From Victivallales bacterium (GTDB taxonomy: Bacteria; Verrucomicrobiota; Lentisphaeria; Victivallales; UBA1829), in NCBI GenBank assembly GCA_045594005.1, contig JAZNXT010000078.1:1-60235 (forward strand): 60,235 bases of DNA. Direction: 5' to 3'. Positions 8,704 through 18,796 of this stretch are shown here, in pieces. Positions within the stretch are counted from its first letter, which is position 1, and each line of letters opens with the position of its first letter. The notes beneath the pieces were generated by a model. The model was given only the letters and a program-made list of their open reading frames with translations. It searched no databases and was not told the DNA's origin. Made by a program: the position numbers and the translations under genes.

Positions 8704-9859
8704 TTTTTTCTCCCGACAGAGTTTGATAAGATTTCAAAAGTGTATCGGACATGACCTGCCACGGAAATTTCTCCCGCACCAGTTCCCTGCCGTTTTCCCC
8801 GTTTTTCTTCCGCAGCTCCTCATCGGCAAGCAATGCGGATATCCCTTCGATCATTGCAGTGTGATCCCCCACAGGACAGAGTATCCCCGTTGTGCCGTGG
8901 ATCACCACTTCCGGTGTGCCGTCCAGCGGATAAGCCACCACCGGTTTTCCACCGGCGAGAGCCTGAACTGCCGCACGGGGCAAACCTTCCCGCAGCGAAA
9001 AATGCACCAGCAGATCCATTTGCGCGATGTAGCGGTAAACTTCCGCAGGCGGCACAAGTCCGGCAAAAATGATCCTGTCTCCGATTTTATGATCCTGCGC
9101 CCATTTCCGGATCTCCTCCATCATGGAACCATTGCCCACAAAAAGGAAATACAGATTTTTGTGCTGTTCCATCAGCCGGGGTGCGATCGCCATGAGTTCT
9201 TCATATCCTTTCAGGGGGAAAAGACGCGCCACGGTCCCCACCACATTGGCATCTGCGGGGATCTTCAGGGATTCACGCAAAGAGCTTTCCCGCTGTGCGG
9301 AAAGAAATACCTCCAGATCCATGCCGCTGTAAACCACACTGTATTGATCCCGTCTGCCGATCTTCTGTGCGAGAGATTGTTCGATCATAGCCTGAGCCAC
9401 CGCATAAATATGATCGCATCTTTTCGCGGCAAAACGCTCCAGCATCACATACAAACGGTTTTTCCACCATTTTTCCCGGGGATGAAATGCCAATCCGTGA
9501 ATGGTATGCACCACCAGCGGCACTTTTGCGGCACGGGCGGCAAGACGACCCAGAATACCTGCTTTGGAGCTGTGGGTATGCACCACATCAAATTGATTTT
9601 CCCGGAAATATTTTTTCAGGAAACGGTATGCTTTCCAATCGTTCAGGGGATCGATCTCCCGCACCAGATACGGGCAGGTCACCACTTTCAGTCCTTCGGG
9701 GATCCCGGTTTTGGCAAGCAGTTCGCCTTCGGGACCGGGGGAAGGTCCGGTCAGCAGTACACATTCGTGTCCCGCCTCTACGGCACCGCGTGCGGAAAAA
9801 AGTGTATTTTCCTGCGCACCGCCTACGATCATTCTGGTTATGATATGACAGATCTTCAT
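8696..9859 (-). CDS. Glycosyltransferase family 4 (GT-B)
   Basis: MKICHIITR..VGGAQ, VHTHSSKAG, EGLPRAAVQALAGGKPVV; ATGA overlap with the comEC stop. Confidence 0.92.
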   Translation of the reverse strand: MKICHIITRMIVGGAQENTLFSARGAVEAGHECVLLTGPSPGPEGELLAKTGIPEGLKVVTCPYLVREIDPLNDWKAYRFLKKYFRENQFDVVHTHSSKAGILGRLAARAAKVPLVVHTIHGLAFHPREKWWKNRLYVMLERFAAKRCDHIYAVAQAMIEQSLAQKIGRRDQYSVVYSGMDLEVFLSAQRESSLRESLKIPADANVVGTVARLFPLKGYEELMAIAPRLMEQHKNLYFLFVGNGSMMEEIRKWAQDHKIGDRIIFAGLVPPAEVYRYIAQMDLLVHFSLREGLPRAAVQALAGGKPVVAYPLDGTPEVVIHGTTGILCPVGDHTAMIEGISALLADEELRKKNGENGRELVREKFPWQVMSDTLLKSYQTLSGEKNV

Positions 9860-12171
9860 TTTTTCTGCTGCTGAACTTTCTTTTTCTCTGTTTCCCGGAG
9901 TATGATGTATCCGGAGCAAAGACTCTGGCTGAATGTTTCATCCAGCGTGAATCTGCCGCAGGAACGCAACCTTGTCCCGCCGCCTGCCGGACGGGAAACA
10001 GTCAAAGTTGTCCCGCTTCTGCGGAAAACGGCAGAAAAGGTATCACCTGTTTGATATAAAGTCAAGTTCCTGTCTTCAAAAAACTTTCCTTTTTTTCTCC
10101 AATCGGGGAAATATTCCCGGAGTGCGATCCCTCCGGCATATCTGGTTTGACGGGGATGCAGATAGGCGTGTTCCACCGGAAGCGGCGCCAGATATTTCAT
10201 TCCTCCGCCGGAAGATGTTCTGCCGTGCCGGGCAAGAAACACATTCACTTTTCCGATCCCCCGTTTCCGGAGAAATGCTTTGATCTCCATGGCGGAACGG
10301 AAATCAGGCAGATTCATCACATCTGCGCTTCTGCTTGCCGGATCGGTCAGCACCACCGAAAGTGCGATCCCGTCGCTGTCCGGTGCAACGGAAGACATCA
10401 CCAGCATTTCCCGTTCCGCAAAAACTGTGGTGCAATACCAGTACACCGGCAGCAGGATCAAACCGCACAGGCAGAACATACGGATATTTTTTCGTATATC
10501 CGGCAAAAATAAAAAGAAAAAACAAGCGTAATAAAGGGCAATGCTCCATGGGGCAGGTTCAGCCAGATCCAATACGCCATCCCGGGCGGCAAGATCGCAC
10601 AGATACAGGATCGATTCCAGCAGATCCTGCAGGATCATTTGAAATCCGCTCCAGATACAGGAAAGCAGAGCAAAAACAAAACAGAAAAAGACCAGCGGGA
10701 TCAGAAGAATATTCACCCAAATGGAATTGAAGGTGATCTGCCCCTGATAACAGATCGTCAGCGGAACACTTGCCGCAAAAGCGATCAGCGATGATGCCGC
10801 CGCTCCGGCAAATGCGGAAAAGATCCTGTTCCGCCAGTAGAAAGACCGCTTGCGCCGTTCAGAAGGGACCCAGTTCCCTCTCCGGCAGAGAAAATGATAA
10901 ATGTGGCTCATCCACCGGGATGTGAAAAGCAATGCCGCCACAATGATAAAAGAAAATTGAAATCCGGCAGAAGTCAGATTTTCCGGTTTGAAAATCAAAA
11001 GCAATGCCGCGATCAATGCCAATGTATTCATTGCGTTGGTCTTGCAACGAAACGAACCTGCCAGAAGAAATACCGCCAGCATGAAACAGGCACGCATGGC
11101 AGGTTCACGCATGCCGGTGACTGCCGCATAGAAAAAAGTCAGGATCAGAACAGGGATGATCCGGAATTTTCCCGGCAGGAAGAAAAAAATCAGAAACAGC
11201 AATGCCGCAAACAACCCCACATGAGTCCCGCTGACCGTGAGAATATGAATAGTCCCGCTGCGGAAAAAATCATTTTTGATCTCATTGCCGAGAGTTTGCG
11301 GAAAGCCGAAAAGGATCCCCGCCGCCAAACCTTTTGCCCCTTCAGATGTCATGCCGTCACAGATCCGGTGCAGGATCCTGTCACGCAGATCAAACATCAT
11401 CCTGTGGAATCCGCCGCCCTGCTGCAGAAGCGTCACATCATCAAAACACAGATTGTTCAAATCAACAGGCGGATATTGACTGAAATCCCGTACTGCCGCG
11501 GCAGGTTCGTTGGGGAACAGCAATTCCGGTGTCCGGTCGTCATCATCCCAGCTGTCATCACTGGAAACACCGGATCTCAATGCTTCCAGTTGAAGAAAGA
11601 TCCCTTCTTTCCGGAGATATTTTCCGTAGTCGAATGTTTCCGGAAGCGTAATGCCTTCCGGGACCGTAAGCAAACCGCGTATGCGCCAGAGATCACCGTA
11701 TCCCGGACGGAAAGAATGGGAAGGATGGATCAGCAGTCCCACACCGATCCCCGGCTGAAGCGTGCGGCACTCATCCGTGCCGTAAGGAGTATAACGCACC
11801 AGACGCGCTTTCACCGGACGGGGATTCGCAGGAAAATCCCCCTGCGGCGAAACGGCACTGTCGGAAATGATCACATCGAAATCACCGTAGATCCCGGAAG
11901 AACTGAACATTTCCGGTTTCACTCCGGATGGGATCTCCGGCTGACTCACTGCCAGATATGAAGCAAGAAATCCGATAAAAAGCGGCAGCGAAAAATACCA
12001 CAGGGCGTGGTGTACCGATCTGCAGAAAAAACAGGAGCAGATCATCAGCGCGGAGATAAAAAATGCCGCTCCGGAGAACGGCATTTCAGGAAAAAGAGCA
12101 AAAGGCAGGATGCCTGCAATCACGGAAACGAGTGCCGGCAGAGCCGGATATTTCCGGAATGATCGCTCCAT
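9856..12171 (-). CDS. comEC: ComEC/Rec2 family competence protein
   Basis: FDYGKYL, FFRSGTIHILTVSGTHVG, PAMRA, GFQFSF; degenerate C-terminal domain. Confidence 0.85.
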   Translation of the reverse strand: MERSFRKYPALPALVSVIAGILPFALFPEMPFSGAAFFISALMICSCFFCRSVHHALWYFSLPLFIGFLASYLAVSQPEIPSGVKPEMFSSSGIYGDFDVIISDSAVSPQGDFPANPRPVKARLVRYTPYGTDECRTLQPGIGVGLLIHPSHSFRPGYGDLWRIRGLLTVPEGITLPETFDYGKYLRKEGIFLQLEALRSGVSSDDSWDDDDRTPELLFPNEPAAAVRDFSQYPPVDLNNLCFDDVTLLQQGGGFHRMMFDLRDRILHRICDGMTSEGAKGLAAGILFGFPQTLGNEIKNDFFRSGTIHILTVSGTHVGLFAALLFLIFFFLPGKFRIIPVLILTFFYAAVTGMREPAMRACFMLAVFLLAGSFRCKTNAMNTLALIAALLLIFKPENLTSAGFQFSFIIVAALLFTSRWMSHIYHFLCRRGNWVPSERRKRSFYWRNRIFSAFAGAAASSLIAFAASVPLTICYQGQITFNSIWVNILLIPLVFFCFVFALLSCIWSGFQMILQDLLESILYLCDLAARDGVLDLAEPAPWSIALYYACFFFLFLPDIRKNIRMFCLCGLILLPVYWYCTTVFAEREMLVMSSVAPDSDGIALSVVLTDPASRSADVMNLPDFRSAMEIKAFLRKRGIGKVNVFLARHGRTSSGGGMKYLAPLPVEHAYLHPRQTRYAGGIALREYFPDWRKKGKFFEDRNLTLYQTGDTFSAVFRRSGTTLTVSRPAGGGTRLRSCGRFTLDETFSQSLCSGYIILRETEKKKVQQQKK

Positions 12172-12177
12172 ACAGTC

Positions 12178-13092
12178 TTATCCCGGGATCAGTGTTGCCA
12201 TGATCGCTTTCTGAACGTGCAGACGGTTTTCCGCTTCGTCAAACACAATGGAGTTGGGCGATTCCATCACATCATCCGTGATCTCTTCGCCGCGGTGGGC
12301 AGGCAGACAGTGCATGACCATGGCACCCTTCTTTGCCTTGTTCAGCAGATCCATATCCACACGGTAGGGTTCCAGGATCTTGATGCGGTCGGCAGATTCC
12401 TTTTCAAATCCCATGCTCACCCACACATCCGTGTAGATGAAATCCGCATCCTTCACCGCTTCCGCCGGATCTGTGGTCCAGCTGACCGTACCCGTGCCGC
12501 CGAGATCCAGTTTCATCACTTCGGCAGAGGGGCGGTATTCTTCCGGTGCGCCGATCTCAAAATGGATCCCGGCACAGCGGGATGCCATCATCAGAGAGTT
12601 TGCCATATTGCTGGCTCCGTCTCCGAGATATGCCATTTTGACACCTTCAAAACGACCGAGTTTTTCATAGATCGTGAACATATCGGTCAATGCCTGACAG
12701 GGATGATAATCATCCGTCAACGCATTGATGATGGGGCAGGACGCATACTGTGCCAGCCCTTCAATATCACTCTGTGCATAAGTACGGATCACGATCCCCT
12801 GAAGATAGCGGCTCAACACACGCGCCGTATCCGGAACCGTTTCACCGCGTCCCATCTGAGTTTTGCCCTGATCCAGATACAGTGCATGACCGCCAAGTTC
12901 GTGGATACCCACTTCAAAAGAAACTCTTGTGCGGGTGGAGGATTTTGCAAAAATCATGCCGATGCTTTTGCCGGCAAGGGGTTTGACTGCGTTCGGGGAA
13001 AACCGTTCCGCTTTCATCTTCGCGGAAAGATCCATGAGTTTTTCAAATTCCGCCTTGCGGAATTCTTCACCGGTAAGGAGATGTTTGATCAT
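12178..13092 (-). CDS. argF: Ornithine carbamoyltransferase
   Basis: KSSTRTRVSFE, HPCQAL, DVWVSMG, HCLPAHRG, AENRLH. Confidence 0.97.
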   Translation of the reverse strand: MIKHLLTGEEFRKAEFEKLMDLSAKMKAERFSPNAVKPLAGKSIGMIFAKSSTRTRVSFEVGIHELGGHALYLDQGKTQMGRGETVPDTARVLSRYLQGIVIRTYAQSDIEGLAQYASCPIINALTDDYHPCQALTDMFTIYEKLGRFEGVKMAYLGDGASNMANSLMMASRCAGIHFEIGAPEEYRPSAEVMKLDLGGTGTVSWTTDPAEAVKDADFIYTDVWVSMGFEKESADRIKILEPYRVDMDLLNKAKKGAMVMHCLPAHRGEEITDDVMESPNSIVFDEAENRLHVQKAIMATLIPG

Positions 13093-13126
13093 AGCAGCAC
13101 CTCGATTATGTTGAAATAGTGGTTGA

Positions 13127-14332
13127 TTATTTTTTCGTGTTTTCGTATTCCGTCATGGCTTCATCGATCAAAGCCAACGCTTTCGCACATTCCGATTCCG
13201 TCACCGTGAGCGGCGGCAGAAGACGCAGCACTGTTTCCCCTGCGGACAACGCCAGCATCCCCTTTTCCCGGAGGATCGCCAGCACTCCGCCAGCAGGTTC
13301 ATCCAGCACGGCACCCAGCATCAGACCCAGCCCGCGCACCGCTTTGATGCAGCTGTGTTTTTCCGCCAGTTTTTTCAGCCCGTCCATCAGGAACGCACTC
13401 TGTTTCCGGCAGTTTTCCAGTACACCGCCCTGAAGCATGGTATCGATCACCGCAATGGCGGCGGCACTGGCAAAAGGTGTTCCGCCGAATGTACTTGCGT
13501 GAGTGCCGGGAGTCAATACATCAGCGTGTTTTCTCTGCGCGATCATGGCACCCATAGGGATGCCGTTTGCCAGTGCTTTTGCCATGGAAAGTGCATCCGG
13601 CTCCACGCCGAAGTTCTGCCAGGCAAACAATTTACCGGTTCTGCCCATACCGCACTGGACTTCATCAAAAAGAAGCAGGATATCTTTTTCATCGCAAAGC
13701 GCACGGAGTCCTTTCAGATATTCCACATCTGCCGGAATGATCCCGCCTTCCCCCTGCACAGGTTCCACCAGAATGGCTGCGGTCTTTTCATCCACTGCCG
13801 CGCGTGCCGCTTCCAGATCATTGAAATCCACAAATTTGAAACCGGGCATATCGGGCTGGAAGCCTTTGCGGTATTTGCTTCTGCCGGTGGCGGCAAGAGT
13901 GGCAAGAGTCCTGCCGTGGAAAGAATCGTTCATGGCAATGATCTCGAACTTACCTTTTTCGCTGCCGCGTTTCCGGGCAAGTTTGATCAATGCTTCATTG
14001 GCTTCCGCACCGCTGTTGCAGAAGAAACAGACACCGTCGAAACCGTTTTCGATCAGTTTCTGTGCGAGGCGCGGCTGATTTTCGTTCATATACAGATTGG
14101 AAACGTGGAGGAGTTTTTCCGCCTGTTCCTGAATCGCTTTTGTCACAGCAGGGTGATTATGCCCCAGACTGCAAACTGCGATCCCGGAAGCGAAATCAAG
14201 ATATTCCTTCCCTTCGCCGTCCCACAATTTTGCACCCTGACCGCGCACAAACAGGATATCTGCACGGGGATAGGTGTGCATCACATATTTATCGTAAAGA
14301 GCCAATGTCGTTTCAGTTGCGGTCATACTCAT
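13127..14332 (-). CDS. argD: Acetylornithine aminotransferase
   Basis: NSGAEANEA, SFHGRT, EPVQGEGG, DEVQCGMGRTG, MAKALANG; adjacent to argF. Confidence 0.93.
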   Translation of the reverse strand: MSMTATETTLALYDKYVMHTYPRADILFVRGQGAKLWDGEGKEYLDFASGIAVCSLGHNHPAVTKAIQEQAEKLLHVSNLYMNENQPRLAQKLIENGFDGVCFFCNSGAEANEALIKLARKRGSEKGKFEIIAMNDSFHGRTLATLAATGRSKYRKGFQPDMPGFKFVDFNDLEAARAAVDEKTAAILVEPVQGEGGIIPADVEYLKGLRALCDEKDILLLFDEVQCGMGRTGKLFAWQNFGVEPDALSMAKALANGIPMGAMIAQRKHADVLTPGTHASTFGGTPFASAAAIAVIDTMLQGGVLENCRKQSAFLMDGLKKLAEKHSCIKAVRGLGLMLGAVLDEPAGGVLAILREKGMLALSAGETVLRLLPPLTVTESECAKALALIDEAMTEYENTKK

Positions 14333-14396
14333 TTTCCGGACCCTTCTGTTGTTTATCGTATCTCTTTCATGCTCATAGTGTCAGTAGCAAATGACT

Positions 14397-14425
14397 AATA
14401 TATCATAAGCTGGAAAGAAAATCAA
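14397..14425 (-). promoter_or_regulatory. Putative sigma70 promoter for the argD-argF operon
   Basis: TTGATT-17 nt-TATATT on the minus strand. Confidence 0.5.
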
Positions 14426-14635
14426 GCCCGTTTTTCTTTTTTTTGAAATATTTTTCCCTCCCTGCCGCCCCGGATAAAAAATTTTCAAATTTCTATTACT
14501 ATAAGTAATAAGGATAAATGGGGGCGGGCAGACTCAAAAAATGCCTTGACTTTTTTCCGGAACCGGTTATCTTTAATATCGTGTGAAGAAGCGCAAACAG
14601 AATTTTTTTCGACAGATATAAGGAGCCTCTGTACT

Positions 14636-17200
14636 ATGAGCAATGCAACAAAACTGGTGATCGTGGAGTCACCCACAAAAGTCAAAACCATCAGCAAGAT
14701 CCTGGGTCCGCAGTTCGTGGTGAAAGCCTCCATGGGTCATGTCCGCGACCTGCCCGAACGCGCGTTCGGTGTGGATATTGAACACAATTTTCAGCCGCAG
14801 TACGAAGAAAATAAAGGACGCGGCAAAAATCTTTCCGATCTGAAATCCACTGCAAAAGCGGCAGATGAAATTTATCTGGCAAGCGACCCTGACCGCGAAG
14901 GAGAAGCCATTGCATGGCATTTGAAGGAAGTGCTGGGAAAGATCAATAAAAAAGCCCCGTTCCGCCGCGTGACATTCAACCAGATCACAAAATCCGCCAT
15001 CGAAAAGGCATTTGATGCGCCCGGTGACATCAATATGGCACTGGTGGATTCCCAGCAGGCACGCCGCGTGCTGGACCGTATTGTGGGGTATCAGATCAGC
15101 CCGCTGCTGTGGACCCGTATCGAACGGGGTGTTTCCGCAGGCCGTGTGCAGAGCGTGGCTCTCCGTCTGGTTTGCGAACGGGAACGGGAGATCCAGGCAT
15201 TCGTCCCGAAGGAATACTGGAATTTTGTGGCGGATTTCAACACCGCCGCCAAAGGAAACGATCCGGAAAGTGCATTCCGTGCGAAACTGGCAAAGATCAA
15301 CGGCGATAAATTTGAGATCGGCAACAAAGCTGATGCCGATATCCTCCTGAAAGCTGTTCAGGCTGTCAACAACTGGAAAGTAACGGATATCGCCACAACT
15401 CCCCGCAGAAAATTTGCTTATCCCCCGTTCATCACCAGCACATTGCAGCAGGCGGCAAGTTCCTCGCTGGGTTTTTCCGCCAGTCAGACCATGCGGATCG
15501 CCCAGCAGTTGTACGAAGGTGTGGATGTGGGTTCCGGCTCCATCGGTCTCATCACCTATATGAGAACGGACTCTGTGGCTGTGGCTGCGGAAGCACAGGC
15601 ACAGTGCCGCGCGTTCATCGGTGCAAATTACGGCAATGAATATGTACCGGCACAGCCTAATATCTACCGTTCCAAAGGCAATGCACAGGAAGCCCACGAA
15701 GCGATCCGTCCTACGGATATCAATCTCACTCCGGAAAGCCTGAAAAATTATCTGGATCCCCAGCAGCTGCGCCTTTATACGCTCATCTGGAGACGCTTCG
15801 TGGCAAGTCAGATGGCTCCCGCGCTGCAGGAACGCACCACGGTGGAAGTGGAAGGCAGCAGCAACGGCACTTATACATTCCGCTCCACTGCCACAGTCGT
15901 CAAATTCAATGGTTATCTCCGCGCCTACAATATTCAGGAGGAAGGTGTGGTGGAGGAAGACGACGACACCCGCAATGCCGATGTTCTTGCCGCTCTCAAA
16001 CAGAATGAAGACTGTCTGCTCCTGCGTTCCATGAACGAACAGAAATTCACGGAACCGGCTCCCCGTTTCTCCGAAGCTGCGCTCATCAAGGAACTGGAAG
16101 TGAACGGGATCGGCAGACCTTCCACTTATGCCACCATCGTGAACACGATCCAGGTCCGCAAATATGTGCAGAAGGAAAAAGGAAAACTGATCCCCACGGA
16201 ACTGGGATTCAATATCAATGATTATCTGGTGGCAAGTCTGCCGGAACTGTTCCAGGTGGGCTTTACCGCATCCATGGAAGAACAGCTGGACGATATCGGA
16301 AACGGAGAAGTCCAGTGGACCGAAATGATCGGGACTTTCTACGATAAATTCTCCAAGTGGCTGAAGACTGCCAAAGGTGCCGGCGCACCCGAAAATGCAA
16401 AGGCAGATGCCCTGATTGCGGAGATCCACAAGATCGTCAACTGGGAAATTCCGGAACGGTCCGCCGGAAAACGGGCATTCGATGACCGCAAATTCTTCGC
16501 CTCCATCGAAACGAAATATCAGAAAGACGGTATCATCTCCGGCCGCCAGTGGGAAGCTCTCCTTACTCTGGCCCTGAAGTATGAAAAAGATCTTCCCCAG
16601 CTGCGTCAGATCGCAGAAAAAACCGGTTTCTCCGGCGACCTGATCGACGCAGATGCCAAACGCCTCGCAGCTGAACAGGAACGCCAGGAACGCCGTGCCA
16701 AACGCCAGGAAGCGGAAGCCGCTGCTCCTTCGCAGGAAGGTCTGCCTCAGGTCTTTGCCGCAATGAACGAACTGAAATGGGCGGAACCGGAAAAACGCCG
16801 CAGCCGTCTTTACGACGATAAAAAATTCTTCGATTCCCTGAAAAAACAGAACGATGCCGGAAAAGCTCTCTCCGAAAAACAGATCGCCGCTCTTGGCAAA
16901 ATGATCGAAAAATATCAGGATCAGCTGCCCGAAGCACAGACTTATCTGGCTGTGATCCGGGAAAAACTGCCTGTTGTGGCGGAAGATCCCGCTTCTGCGG
17001 AAAAAGCACAGCTGGCGGAAGAACTCATCAAGGGCTTTGACAAAGTCACAAAATGGGCGGAACCGGTGCAGAAAGGCAGACGCGTTTACAACGATCAGGA
17101 ATTTGTCAAATCCATTGCCAACCATCTGAAAGCGGGCAAGACCCTCAGCGATAAACAGATGGAAGCACTCAAGAAAATGGCTGCAAAATATTCTGTGTAA
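14636..17200 (+). CDS. topA: DNA topoisomerase I (type IA) with an atypical C-terminal repeat region
   Basis: VIVESPTK, ASMGHVRDL, ASDPDREGE, SAGRVQS, LITYMRTDS (catalytic Tyr), AHEAIRP, GIGRPSTY; AAGGAG RBS. Confidence 0.97.
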   Translation: MSNATKLVIVESPTKVKTISKILGPQFVVKASMGHVRDLPERAFGVDIEHNFQPQYEENKGRGKNLSDLKSTAKAADEIYLASDPDREGEAIAWHLKEVLGKINKKAPFRRVTFNQITKSAIEKAFDAPGDINMALVDSQQARRVLDRIVGYQISPLLWTRIERGVSAGRVQSVALRLVCEREREIQAFVPKEYWNFVADFNTAAKGNDPESAFRAKLAKINGDKFEIGNKADADILLKAVQAVNNWKVTDIATTPRRKFAYPPFITSTLQQAASSSLGFSASQTMRIAQQLYEGVDVGSGSIGLITYMRTDSVAVAAEAQAQCRAFIGANYGNEYVPAQPNIYRSKGNAQEAHEAIRPTDINLTPESLKNYLDPQQLRLYTLIWRRFVASQMAPALQERTTVEVEGSSNGTYTFRSTATVVKFNGYLRAYNIQEEGVVEEDDDTRNADVLAALKQNEDCLLLRSMNEQKFTEPAPRFSEAALIKELEVNGIGRPSTYATIVNTIQVRKYVQKEKGKLIPTELGFNINDYLVASLPELFQVGFTASMEEQLDDIGNGEVQWTEMIGTFYDKFSKWLKTAKGAGAPENAKADALIAEIHKIVNWEIPERSAGKRAFDDRKFFASIETKYQKDGIISGRQWEALLTLALKYEKDLPQLRQIAEKTGFSGDLIDADAKRLAAEQERQERRAKRQEAEAAAPSQEGLPQVFAAMNELKWAEPEKRRSRLYDDKKFFDSLKKQNDAGKALSEKQIAALGKMIEKYQDQLPEAQTYLAVIREKLPVVAEDPASAEKAQLAEELIKGFDKVTKWAEPVQKGRRVYNDQEFVKSIANHLKAGKTLSDKQMEALKKMAAKYSV

Positions 17201-17210
17201 GGGTACATTT

Positions 17211-18674
17211 ATGGATAAATCTTTCCTGCGTGATAAAATCTTCGGCTGCTGGCTCGGAAAAAATATCGGCGGCACCATCGGCGCACCCGTGGAAGGCTGG
17301 AAAAGCGAACCCATGCTCCCTCTGGCATTCCCCGGAAAAAATGAACCCAACGACGATCTGGACCTGCAGCTGCTCTGGCTGGCAATGGTCCGGAAAAAGG
17401 GTCTGGATTTTCTCCACGACGATCTGGCGGAAGCCTGGAGCGGCACCACATTCCGTTTCGATGAATACGGGATCGCCATCGCCAATATCGAACGGGGGAT
17501 GCGTCCGCCCCTCACCGGAAGATTCAATAATTATTTTTCCGAATGTATGGGTTGTCCCATCCGCAGTGAGATCTGGGCGGTGATCGCCGCAAATATGCCG
17601 GAAACTGCCGCTTATTATGCCATGCTGGATGCCACGGTGGATCACGATGGCGAAAGCGTTTATGCGGAAATATTCTATGCCGCATTGGAATCAATGGCAT
17701 TTTCCGCCGCTGTGGAAGATCTGCACAGACTCATTTATGAAGCATTGGCGTTCATTCCCGCAGACTGTAAGATCGCGATCGCAGTCAATGAAGTGATGGA
17801 CGCTTACAAAAACGGCGTTTCCGCTTCCGATCTGCGCAGGGAGCTGATCCGGAAATACGATTTCGGAAACTTCTCCCACTGTCTCATCAATATCGCTTTC
17901 ACCATTGCCGCACTCGTCTATGCAGAAGGCGATTTCCTCAAAGCCATGGTGGGTGCCGCCAATTTTGCTTACGATGCCGACTGCACCGCCGCAACTGCCG
18001 GAGCCGTTATGGGGATCCTGATGGGTGCCGATGCCATCCGGAAAAAATATCAGGTGGAATTCGATGAACGGATCCTGACCTGCGGCGTTACGGAAGATAT
18101 GATCCCCTTCATGCCGGAAAATATCAATGAACTTACCGACTGGACCATGGCTCTTCACGAGGAACTGGAGAAAAAGGAACATAAGAAAGTTCTGGAAAAA
18201 CCCTTCCGCGTGAAAATGCACGCAGAAGGTCAGCTGGGGCTTCAGAGATCTTTTGCCGTGGGCAATTTCGCATCTTACGATGAAGCTGTCAATGCCGCAG
18301 AAGACTGCTGGCAGATCCATACGACCAACAGCGATCTGCTGACCATCCCCGTGGAAGCCGGGAAAAAAGTGTATATCCGCGCCACAGTACGGGTGCCGGG
18401 CGCAACGGAAAAACTGCGTCTTTCCCCCGATACGGGTGCGCCCGCAAAGGTGTGGATCGACGGAAAGGAAATGGGCGGATTTGAACAACGTTCCTTCATT
18501 ACGCCGTCACCTCACAGAAGCTGGTGTGTGCGGGAATTTGTCACCGTTCCGGAATCCGGGTGTGTGGTCATGACGGAAGTCACGCCCGATGAAACAAAAG
18601 ATCTGGAATACTGGCTGATCGTTGCCCGTGCCGATAAGTCCCACGAGATCCGCGCAGAGATCACTGCCCGGTGA
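17211..18674 (+). CDS. ADP-ribosylglycohydrolase family protein with a C-terminal beta-rich domain
   Basis: GCWLGKNIGGTIGAP, NDDLD, IRSEIW, DADCTAATAGA motifs. Confidence 0.85.
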   Translation: MDKSFLRDKIFGCWLGKNIGGTIGAPVEGWKSEPMLPLAFPGKNEPNDDLDLQLLWLAMVRKKGLDFLHDDLAEAWSGTTFRFDEYGIAIANIERGMRPPLTGRFNNYFSECMGCPIRSEIWAVIAANMPETAAYYAMLDATVDHDGESVYAEIFYAALESMAFSAAVEDLHRLIYEALAFIPADCKIAIAVNEVMDAYKNGVSASDLRRELIRKYDFGNFSHCLINIAFTIAALVYAEGDFLKAMVGAANFAYDADCTAATAGAVMGILMGADAIRKKYQVEFDERILTCGVTEDMIPFMPENINELTDWTMALHEELEKKEHKKVLEKPFRVKMHAEGQLGLQRSFAVGNFASYDEAVNAAEDCWQIHTTNSDLLTIPVEAGKKVYIRATVRVPGATEKLRLSPDTGAPAKVWIDGKEMGGFEQRSFITPSPHRSWCVREFVTVPESGCVVMTEVTPDETKDLEYWLIVARADKSHEIRAEITAR

Positions 18675-18720
18675 GGATACGGCGAAAATAAAAAAATCCG
18701 GAAAAATTTGAAAAAATCTG

Positions 18721-18750
18721 AACGCACTCCACACCCGGAGTGCGTTTTTT
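18721..18750 (+). terminator. Intrinsic terminator
   Basis: AACGCACTCC/GGAGTGCGTT stem plus T-run. Confidence 0.75.
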
Positions 18751-18796
18751 TGTCTGTTGCAGAAAGAGGGGAACTCAATCAAAAAAGGAGGCAACT

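Noticed and set aside
14390..14407. ARG box upstream of argD
   Set aside because: A single weak match in AT-rich promoter DNA with no tandem second box.
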